Assembly (NCBI GenBank): GCA_964510585.1
Contig: CAZECW010000065.1
Coordinates: 1-24,880, forward strand
Source of the DNA: an uncultured archaeon
GTDB lineage: Archaea > Asgardarchaeota > Jordiarchaeia > Jordiarchaeales > Jordiarchaeaceae
Length of the DNA stretch: 24,880 nt
Direction: 5' to 3'
Positions 1-7,939 of the stretch are shown here, one piece after another (positions within the stretch are counted from its first letter, which is position 1; every line of letters begins with the position of its first letter). The translations under genes were made by a program, and so were the position numbers. The notes beneath the pieces are model-generated. The model saw only the letters and a list, made by a program, of their open reading frames with translations, was not told the origin of the DNA and did not search any database.

Positions 1-176
1 AGAGGAGAAACTGCGCCTCTGTAGCCTGAATTAAGCCTCAGGCTCCTCGGAGGAGGGTTTAAGAGGACTGTGTGGGAGAAAATATGCTTCAAGAAGGTCT
101 TTAAGGCGTTACGTACCAAGGTTGTTGGGCAATCCAATCCCAAAGTGCACTAAAAACTTTTTATGCTCCTCCTTTT

Positions 177-1445
177 TTAAATTTGAAAATCACTAATTCT
201 TTTTGAAGCCTTCATCTGCGAATCTAAAAGCCCCCAAATCTTGCCGCCGCGGCCGATTTCATATAAATCTCTGAGCATATCCTTGTCTAAGGGTGCAGGT
301 TTGCTTTTAGCTAGGGGCGTTCCCACAAGCGGTATGAAATAGTGAAGTCTAGCTTTAACTTCACGCTTCTTCAGCAAATTTTTAATGACCTCATAAGTTT
401 TGTATTGGTCTTCCCTTGTTTCTGAGGGGAAACCCAGAAGAAAATCTACAGAGACTCCCAAACCATTTTTTACTGCGCAATCCACTGCTGTGTAAACATC
501 CTCTACCGAGTGTCCCCTATTCATTAATTTGAGTATGCGGTTGCTTCCAGACTGAGCCCCTATGGCAACAGTTTTGTTACTGCAGTACTCCGAAATGATT
601 CCAGCCACTTCTTCATCAAAGTTTTCAGGTCTACCTTCTGAGGGAAACGTGCAGAAAAAGACCCTAGTATTATCGTATGATTTTATGGTTCTTAGTAAAC
701 CTTCGATAGCTTTGGGGTCTGCCTTTTTTCCGTCTTGGGAACCGTAGCAGAGCGAGTTTGGACTAATAAATCTAATATCGACGCTTCTTCTATTTCTAAA
801 CCGTTTTTGGTAGGCTTCTACATGTTTTTTTACGGATTCTAAACTTCTATGAAGCATTTTTCTGCCGAAAATATAGGACACTTCACAATACTTGCACCCA
901 TGAGGACAGCCCCGGCTAATCTCAATGGGCGGAAACATATCAAACTTTTCCGAGAAACCACAAAACTCATCTAAAGATAATTCTTTTGCCTTGTTTGTCA
1001 CCACTTCGTTGTTAAGAAGATAAGCGATTCCGGGAGTATTAAAAATGGGATTATCCACTTGAATATTATGGATTAGGTCTAGAAAACTAGCTTCACCGGG
1101 ACCTACGACTACCACATCAAAACCCATTTCCAGAGTTCCTCTAACGTCTCCAGTGGCGTGGGGCCCCCCCGCAACTAGGATAAAGTTCTCTCTCCCAAGC
1201 TGGTTAATGCAACCTAAAATTTTTTTTAGCTCTACCAGAATTATCGGAGTCTGCGTAGTGAAAAAAGAATATGCAAAAACTACTCTCCCATACTCTTCGA
1301 ACATCCTTCTGATGCCGTCCTCTGTTAGAACTCTGGCATCTCTAATGATGCTTATGGGCGTAGTACCAAACCTTTTATCACTTTCCAGCGCCCCAAGCAG
1401 GGGAGCAAAACTGTACCAATTTTGTTTAAAAATTCTTAGAACCAA
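177..1445 (-). CDS. B12-binding domain / radical SAM protein (MJ1487/TIGR04013-like)
   Basis: Radical SAM CxxxCxxC motif (RGCPHGCKYC), N-terminal cobalamin-binding-type segment (GGPHATGD...GFDVVVVGPGE), AQSGSNRIL and DFLLGFPSET motifs. TTG start. Confidence 0.85.
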   Translation of the reverse strand: MVLRIFKQNWYSFAPLLGALESDKRFGTTPISIIRDARVLTEDGIRRMFEEYGRVVFAYSFFTTQTPIILVELKKILGCINQLGRENFILVAGGPHATGDVRGTLEMGFDVVVVGPGEASFLDLIHNIQVDNPIFNTPGIAYLLNNEVVTNKAKELSLDEFCGFSEKFDMFPPIEISRGCPHGCKYCEVSYIFGRKMLHRSLESVKKHVEAYQKRFRNRRSVDIRFISPNSLCYGSQDGKKADPKAIEGLLRTIKSYDNTRVFFCTFPSEGRPENFDEEVAGIISEYCSNKTVAIGAQSGSNRILKLMNRGHSVEDVYTAVDCAVKNGLGVSVDFLLGFPSETREDQYKTYEVIKNLLKKREVKARLHYFIPLVGTPLAKSKPAPLDKDMLRDLYEIGRGGKIWGLLDSQMKASKRISDFQI

Positions 1446-1780
1446 TAGAAACTTCTTCCACCCCTTTTTTGGGCTAAAAGGGCACTAGGCAAATCAATCG
1501 TACACAGTATTCTAAAAAAATAAATTTTTTCAACTATTTTTTGCGGGCGATTTTCCCTAGCTTAATCAAAGAAGGCAACCACAATCCAATATCCTATTCC
1601 CACCTCTTAGTCTTTCATTGAGTTTCGGAACTTAAATAAATATGGAAGCCAAAAATACTATTGACATTCAATGGGAATCCATTGTTCTAAAAGAAAAAAA
1701 TGCAAAATTTTATTTATTCAAATAGAGGCGCCCCGAATTAGAAAAGCTAGTCCTTTACTCGAACTGTAGGAGGAAGGACA

Positions 1781-2377
1781 TTGCCCGGTTATGAAAAAAA
1801 ATACATTGGACTAAACACAAACATGGAAGCGGTTTTTGAGGATCTTAAAGCCTTTTTCACGGATCAGGGATTCAAAATTAAATCCTTAAATAAAAAAAAG
1901 GGAATTATGGAAGTCCAAACGGAAAGTGACGTGGATAAGAGCTATGGCAAAATTTCTTTTATTGGGAACCCTAATGATTACATAGCCCGGGTTGACTGGG
2001 AAGCAACGCTCAGAAAAGTTTTCTGGATAAATTTCAGCAATAAGTTACACGACCAGATAAAGAAAAATAGCAACCCTGAAAAGCAGGGAGAAATAAAGGG
2101 AGAAAGTTGGTCCCCCTCAGAAGAGGTTATAGGAAAACTGGATTGGAGGAGGATGCCAGACGATCCAGAGTTAGCAAAGTTGAGAAAGGAAGCAGAAAAG
2201 GAGCTGGACGGTAAACGCAGTGTTCTTCTTGCACAAGCGGAAACCTACGAGATAGAAGGAGAAATAAAGGAAGCATTAAAACTCTACAAAATGGCAATTA
2301 TTATATCAAAAGACTTGGGTGAAAACGTCTACGCCGAAATGTTTGAATCAAAAATTAATGAACTCCAAAAAAAGTAA
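1781..2377 (+). CDS. Hypothetical protein: N-terminal alpha/beta domain plus C-terminal TPR/MIT-like helical bundle
   Basis: 198-aa ORF with TTG start after AGGAGGAAGG. The C-terminus LLAQAETYEIEGEIKEALKLYKMAIIISKDLG...KINELQKK has a TPR/MIT-like pattern. Confidence 0.7.
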   Translation: MPGYEKKYIGLNTNMEAVFEDLKAFFTDQGFKIKSLNKKKGIMEVQTESDVDKSYGKISFIGNPNDYIARVDWEATLRKVFWINFSNKLHDQIKKNSNPEKQGEIKGESWSPSEEVIGKLDWRRMPDDPELAKLRKEAEKELDGKRSVLLAQAETYEIEGEIKEALKLYKMAIIISKDLGENVYAEMFESKINELQKK

Positions 2378-2720
2378 ACAAGTAAAAATTTTCCATTCAA
2401 CGTAAAAGTACAACGCGCTTACCAACATTTTTGAGAAATGCCAATTGGCAAATCCAAGTTTTCGGAGAACTATTTTAGGTTGTTTTTCTCAGGAATTCTC
2501 GCCGCCTAATTACTTCTCCAGAAGATTCTATTTCCTCGAAAACTTTTACGTGTTTATTTTTGTCGGACTTTTTTCCCTCCGCTCTATCTTGTAGTGCAGC
2601 CCACTTGTCCAAAATCTCTAGTACATACATTTGGTTTCCTCTGTTTCTCAGTGTAATTAAAATACATTTTCAATTCTTTTAACATTTCAGTGGAAATCAA
2701 CCTCTAGTAAAGAAGGATTC

Positions 2721-3263
2721 CTATTCTAGGGTTTTTACGAAGTCTTCTGCCTTTTTTCTGAACCTATAGAACGATACGGTGATGAGTGCGGGTGCCAGTA
2801 TGAGGGAGGAGATTACTGGAACTAGGAAAATCGGGTTATTAAATATAGCATAGTTATTGTTTATAACCGCCCAGACGAAGCAGACAAGGGTGAGGTATCC
2901 TGCGTAAAGAAGCGCTGCTACAGCGATGGCAATGTAGCGCCAATCTTCCCATAAATCGCTCTTTGAAACTAGGGAAGATAGGTTCCATGTCTGAATGACC
3001 GCTACTGTGAATAGTATTAACCCCGTGGCCAGAACTACCATCACAACGGGGCCCACAAGTGGATTCATCCCAAAGAATTCACTTAGAGTCATAATGTCTC
3101 CAGTGGTTGAAAGGACTAGAATAAAGGGTCCCAAAGGGTACTCTATGCCTGTGGCTAGCCTTATGGAAAACTTTAAGACGGGGGCAGGGGTTAGTGCCAG
3201 CAATATAACAGGTATGATAAGTAATACCAATACAATTATTATTGATTTATACGCCAACCTCAT
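2721..3263 (-). CDS. Hypothetical integral membrane protein (~4 TM helices)
   Basis: About four long hydrophobic stretches and a basic C-tail. ATG directly follows the upstream stop (GAA TAA ATG), with GGAGGT just upstream. Confidence 0.7.
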   Translation of the reverse strand: MRLAYKSIIIVLVLLIIPVILLALTPAPVLKFSIRLATGIEYPLGPFILVLSTTGDIMTLSEFFGMNPLVGPVVMVVLATGLILFTVAVIQTWNLSSLVSKSDLWEDWRYIAIAVAALLYAGYLTLVCFVWAVINNNYAIFNNPIFLVPVISSLILAPALITVSFYRFRKKAEDFVKTLE

Positions 3264-4205
3264 TTATTCAACCTCCCTTAACCATTCTATTGAGTTTCCT
3301 ACTCTTTCAAGAATATTTACGAGTTTAGTTTCAGGAATTTCAAGGAGACTAGCAATTTCTTCTAATGTTCTTTTTCCATTGCAGAGTCTTCTGAGCTCCT
3401 TGTAAAAATTAATGTAAGAGGGGTCAATTCCAAAGAGTAATAAACTTCCCCTATCCAGTCTTTTAATTAGAGGATACTGCTTAACCCTTTTAACTATGCT
3501 TTGACTTATTCCTCGCTGGATGGTTTTCCTAACTAATTCTAGTGGAATTCCTGTTTTTTCAGCTATTTCCTGAACTGTTTTTTTACCATCAATTTCCTCT
3601 AATACTTTCAGCTCTACCTCATTAAAAACCTCCAAAAGTTTACTTTTTTGTTCATTAGTTTGGAAAACTGGGGTAAAAATTTCATGTCGCAAAATTTCTG
3701 ATTTAGATCCATCAAGCGTAAATTTTTCATATAACGTTAGGCACTCTTCTGGAGGGAGAGAACTCAACTTTACAACTATTTGATCGATTTTTTTCGAAAA
3801 ATGCATAATGTAGGGTGTTTTAGATAACAATGCTCCCAACCCCCCTTCAGTATAACTTGTAATTGCAGCGTTATCTGACAGCTTCCAAATAATTAGAGAG
3901 AGATCGCTTCTAGGTATGGCATAACTTCCCTTGGGGTAAGATTCGTGATTTTTTTGCACGTAGTCTGATATGAAATTCAGTATCTCTCTCCTCTGAGCTC
4001 TGCTGCAATAAAATATTTTGCCTTGGGTATTTAAAATGCAAATGTTTGCTTTTGGAAAGGTTCCGATGGCGCTTTCAATTTTTTGGGCAATCTTTTCGAG
4101 CTTGCGGAATAACTTTTTTTTCTCCTTCTCATCTAAGCCATCCTTTTTTAATTCCCTTAATTTATCAAATCCCCAACTTCTTGAATAGGGGAAATTGTTC
4201 ATCAA
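3264..4205 (-). CDS. Putative profilin/longin/roadblock-like domain plus tandem winged-helix domains (NPRL2 C-terminus-like)
   Basis: Two repeats of an HTH motif (EEIDGKKTVQEIAEKTGIPLELVRKTI; RLCNGKRTLEEIASLLEIPETKLVNIL). The N-terminal half has alternating beta/alpha pattern (NICILNTQGKIFY...LIIWKLSDNAAITSYT). SD-like GGTGGGAG upstream. Confidence 0.7.
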   Translation of the reverse strand: MMNNFPYSRSWGFDKLRELKKDGLDEKEKKKLFRKLEKIAQKIESAIGTFPKANICILNTQGKIFYCSRAQRREILNFISDYVQKNHESYPKGSYAIPRSDLSLIIWKLSDNAAITSYTEGGLGALLSKTPYIMHFSKKIDQIVVKLSSLPPEECLTLYEKFTLDGSKSEILRHEIFTPVFQTNEQKSKLLEVFNEVELKVLEEIDGKKTVQEIAEKTGIPLELVRKTIQRGISQSIVKRVKQYPLIKRLDRGSLLLFGIDPSYINFYKELRRLCNGKRTLEEIASLLEIPETKLVNILERVGNSIEWLREVE

Positions 4206-4332
4206 AAGTTACTCCCACCTACAAAAATTGTAGCGCACTTGATCCTCTATACCCTAAACCGCTGCTCCAATTTTCTAAACTTAATACCTTTTAAACAATT
4301 TTTACCTATCTTATATGCACCAAATTTGGTAT

Positions 4333-4743
4333 TTAAACCGGAAGGAGTCTACCCGTATCCTTCATACTCATTAACCTATCAAAGATCTTTCTACTAATTA
4401 TCCCCACGATTTTATCACCGTCCTCTACGGCAATCCTCTCCGCATCTGTCTGCTGAAAAATCCTCTCAACCTCTGTAATGGGAGCATTTCTATTCACCTT
4501 ATAGACTGGACTTATCATCACATCCTCCGCTATAAGATCCTGCGGGTTCTCTCCCTCAGCTATCACCCGAAAAATTTCCCTATCTGTCACTATTCCCACA
4601 ATTTCTCCTGAATCATCCTCAACTAAAAGGGAACCAACTTCCTCATTAACCATCATTCTCGCAACCTCTGGGAGAGGATCGTCGGATTTACAGATAACCA
4701 CATTTTTTCTTGCTATGTCATAAGCTATGGACACGGTTTTCAA
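4333..4743 (-). CDS. CBS domain pair protein
   Basis: EVARMMVNEEVGSLLVEDDSGEIVGIVTDREI and IAVEDGDKIVGIISR are canonical CBS repeats. TTG start. Confidence 0.9.
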   Translation of the reverse strand: MKTVSIAYDIARKNVVICKSDDPLPEVARMMVNEEVGSLLVEDDSGEIVGIVTDREIFRVIAEGENPQDLIAEDVMISPVYKVNRNAPITEVERIFQQTDAERIAVEDGDKIVGIISRKIFDRLMSMKDTGRLLPV

Positions 4744-5091
4744 CCCTCAATTCAATGCATTAAAATTTGATTTAATGAAGCTTTATTACCCTTAAATTTG
4801 TTACCCTAAAATTATGAGCAATTACTAATTGGCGAAGCCATTTCAAGAAACTATCTATCAGCACGGATTAAAAAATTTATGGATAAAATATTTTCATCCC
4901 ATTTCCCATACTCAGGTTTACTCTGTAGGTTTCACAAGTCTGTGGAGAAAATTAGAAGACTTCGGAAATATCTCAATCCTTGTTAGACGAGTAATTGCGA
5001 AAATGGAAAAGTTGCAAAGGGCAAGAAACATTACCAAGAAATAGATTTCTAGAAGGGGACTGTTATAGCGTTTGGCTATAAATTGTCCCGT

Positions 5092-5550
5092 CTAATTTTT
5101 GGTGTTTGGAATAAATTTGTGGCACCTTATGCATTCGAACCCGATGGGTTTCTCTTCTCCCACTAATAGTAAGGCGTCGGATTCGCCGAGTTCCCCGTCG
5201 CCGCAAAGGTGAAGAGCAGTAATTTTTGAGGTGTTCCCACAATGGAAACATTCATACTCGTACTCCACAGAGGATACGTTCTTGACTTTATCAATGGATA
5301 CCACATACTTTTCTATGAACATTCTACGACACACAGCACAGGAGTATACTATTTCATCGGCAATTATTGTTGTCGGGCAACCGCAACGGGGACAATTTTT
5401 GTGGGGCCTTTTAACCCGGGATCCAAATAGGCACTTGGTCTCTAATTTTTGATACCATCCACACCATTTGCAGACTTCGTGTAGAGGTGCGTCAGTTTCG
5501 GGTGAGCTGATCCTTTTGAAAACCTTTATGAGCTCGGCTTTTTTCCACAT
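5092..5550 (-). CDS. Cysteine-rich multi-zinc-ribbon protein
   Basis: Five CxxC pairs (CKWC, CPRC, CAVC, CFHC, CIRC). Start moved to the ATG at 5550 (MWKK), which is preceded by GAGGGT. The ORF track starts at 5595. Confidence 0.7.
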   Translation of the reverse strand: MWKKAELIKVFKRISSPETDAPLHEVCKWCGWYQKLETKCLFGSRVKRPHKNCPRCGCPTTIIADEIVYSCAVCRRMFIEKYVVSIDKVKNVSSVEYEYECFHCGNTSKITALHLCGDGELGESDALLLVGEEKPIGFECIRCHKFIPNTKN

Positions 5551-5881
5551 CGCTTTACCCTCATTGCATAGCCTTACGCAGGAGTATTTCTGCATATTCG
5601 CTTGTATAACAAAATTGGCTGAATATGTATATATAGCTTTCTCATCTAATTGAGAATTTCACAATAATTAAAAGTATAATATGCGAAAATCACAAAAAAC
5701 TATATAAAAATAATAGAAAAAATGACGTCCCACCACAAAAATAGTAAAAAATCACATAAAAACAAATGTTTAAAACATTATAAATTCTAAACAAACCTAA
5801 AGGAATTTTTAGAGGGAAAAGACAGAGGTAGATAACACTGTTTTTTCTTACGTGGCTTATAAAAAATTTGATTAACCCTAT

Positions 5882-6265
5882 TTACTGGTTTCGCTTCCAG
5901 AATTGGTTAACCCGTGCTGCGAGACTTCTTAGACAAGAAAGTTTGGAAGGATTGCCACTATATTTATGCATTATGCTCTCAGCGTAAGTCATGAAGCTAT
6001 CAATATCTACTCCTCGTTTAAGAAATAGACAGAGAAGGTTATATTTGTATGAAGACACAACCACATTTTTATCCTTAAAAACTATGGCTTTAGGCAAGAT
6101 GTCGCGATGCATCCCTACCATAAACATGGTGTAAAACTCAGCTATCATTTCCTTTACTGATGTCTCTCCGTCAAGACTCGTTTCCCATTTTAACATTGGA
6201 CCATATTCCTGATCCATACCAATTAATGCCACTGCCTTCAACCCATAATCTTTCAGCGACTCCAT
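5882..6265 (-). CDS. Stand-alone uDENN/NPR2-type longin-like domain protein
   Basis: N-terminal LKAVALIGMDQEYGPMLKWET matches the beta1-(F/M)DxxxGP-beta2 hairpin typical of uDENN/NPRL2/FLCN-type longins. 127 aa. SD GAGGA upstream. Confidence 0.6.
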   Translation of the reverse strand: MESLKDYGLKAVALIGMDQEYGPMLKWETSLDGETSVKEMIAEFYTMFMVGMHRDILPKAIVFKDKNVVVSSYKYNLLCLFLKRGVDIDSFMTYAESIMHKYSGNPSKLSCLRSLAARVNQFWKRNQ

Positions 6266-6534
6266 TTTTAATCCTCCTCTATGCTACTGAGGAAAATTAA
6301 CATAAAGTTATATTAAACATAGTATTTTTTAGATAATATTCAAAGAACCTTTTCTTGAAAATCCAAAAACTCTTATTACGCTTCAAATTATTCTTAAGTA
6401 TTAGAATTCAATAGTATGCAAATATTTAACGAAATGATTATATACAATGCTAAATTAATTATCTAAAATTTTTCTTATTCCCCAATGGAAAAATTAAAAA
6501 GATTCCAAATTAAGGGAAAAAACAGGGAAACATA

Positions 6535-6966
6535 ATGGCCATAAGAAACCTGTATGTCTTCAAATCTTCAGGTCTCCTGCTGTTTCACAAAGACTACCAA
6601 GCAGTCAGTGTAGACTCTAATCTAGTATCAGGCTTCTTCTCAGCGATACAATCGTTTGCCGAAACACTCTTACAGGAAAAAGAAACAGAACTCCACAGTA
6701 TGAATCTAGGCAAATACACATTTATATTTCATTCAGAAGACGATTTAGAAATCACAACAGTAATTGTGGTTGATGACATAAAAAGGGATCAAGAAAACGC
6801 TAAAAGAATTATAGATGCAGTAAATAAAATACTCAAAGAAAAAAAATCAATTGTAGAAAACTTTAAAGGAAATCTTGAAGATTTTTCTGATGTTTCGCAG
6901 AAACTGGATGAGATAATTAAACCAGAAACCCTAGATAAAAGAGCCATAAAAGCCCTATGGGAGTAG
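6535..6966 (+). CDS. Longin domain protein (sedlin/TRAPP/AP-sigma-like, common in Asgard archaea)
   Basis: IRNLYVFKSSGLLLFHKDY...DSNLVSGFFSAIQSFAE...SMNLGKYTFIF is the typical Asgard longin signature. Confidence 0.85.
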   Translation: MAIRNLYVFKSSGLLLFHKDYQAVSVDSNLVSGFFSAIQSFAETLLQEKETELHSMNLGKYTFIFHSEDDLEITTVIVVDDIKRDQENAKRIIDAVNKILKEKKSIVENFKGNLEDFSDVSQKLDEIIKPETLDKRAIKALWE

Positions 6967-7135
6967 CCGAAGAAAAGCAATAATCCAAAAAAGAAGAAAA
7001 GTGATAGATCCAAAATTACAAATTTTTAGCCTCAGAATCTAAACTCCACAACTAGAATGAAGCCTTCTTCAACAAATTAATTTTCAAATTTTAAAAAAGA
7101 CAAAAAAATGTGGTGGATGAAGGGCATCTGAGAGC

Positions 7136-7633
7136 TCACCATTCCCTAGTAATTAAGCCGCCTATCATGCCTAGACCTGCTGGCAGTCCAAAGAGAAGCG
7201 CATAATCCCAACCAGAAACACCTGTAATAATGCCGAATATCGAGCTCCAATCTAGGTGACCGGAAACACCCCAGACAAAGTAGGCGATCACCACTATGAA
7301 GGAGCATATTATCCCAATTATTATAGCCTTTAGAGGATGTTTCGTAATGAGGCCAGAAATGAAGCCTGCAAGACTAAGGGCTGCAATAGGAACAAATGTC
7401 TGTGCAGGTGGACCGGTGGTGGCTAATGTGTGGGGGCGTATCAAGTAGTCCGTAACTGCAAATCGTACAGTAGACCAGAATGCTGTATACTGTCCACCGC
7501 TCTCCCAGGGTAACAGCCACAAACTGTAAGCGTTGTATAGGTTCATCAAAGTGTGCCCCATAGCTACGAAGTAGATAATTCCGAACATTGTCGCAAGACA
7601 TACTATAAAAGCTAAGATATGTCTCAAAATCAT
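7136..7633 (-). CDS. Hypothetical integral membrane protein (~4 TM, glycine-rich helices)
   Basis: Hydrophobic helices with small-residue motifs (AGFISGLIT, GLGMIGGLIT). GGGAG upstream of ATG. Confidence 0.75.
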   Translation of the reverse strand: MILRHILAFIVCLATMFGIIYFVAMGHTLMNLYNAYSLWLLPWESGGQYTAFWSTVRFAVTDYLIRPHTLATTGPPAQTFVPIAALSLAGFISGLITKHPLKAIIIGIICSFIVVIAYFVWGVSGHLDWSSIFGIITGVSGWDYALLFGLPAGLGMIGGLITREW

Positions 7634-7939
7634 TCTTTAATCGCTCCCTTTTTCGTTTTTCTATGTTGATATATTCTTTCAGCTCGTTAAAAATGTGCCG
7701 TTTAAGGCATTCTTTAACTCCGTATAAAACTCGGTTTCTAATCTTCAAATATTCGTAGAATGATTACTTTTAACCCCCACTTTGCAGACTCGGATATTTG
7801 GATAATTGTGCTACTCTCAAATATGTTCAGCAATATTTTGGCTTTTCCGCAGACTTATTGGTTTCCTCTGAGAGATAGAAAGTTTATCTGTGGTGGAAGG
7901 TTCAGCAATAATGCAGAAAATCTGAAAATGGATTTTTAT

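Noticed and set aside
25-153. Open frame ending ...KKVFKALRTKVVGQSNPKVH* as a possible gene or transposase tail
   Set aside because: An in-frame stop at 22-24 precedes it, there is no start or recognisable motif, and it cannot be judged without upstream sequence.
562-1488. Short + strand ORFs (61 aa, 111 aa), and similar ORFs at 2995, 4046, 5231, 5242, 5468, 6789, 8169, 10222, 11425, 12102, 12570, 14311, 14571, 15712, 16318, 18814, 22006, 22825 and 23152
   Set aside because: They are antisense or out-of-frame shadows of well-supported genes and have no motifs.
4829-5044. 71-aa + strand ORF
   Set aside because: TTG start without a clear SD and no recognisable features. It cannot be excluded, but nothing supports it.
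7374-7748. 124-aa - strand ORF with a coiled-coil-like start
   Set aside because: It overlaps the SD-supported 165-aa membrane gene in another frame.
7825-7910. 11-bp direct repeat GTTCAGCAATA x2, 75 bp apart
   Set aside because: Only two short copies, compatible with chance, with no array structure.
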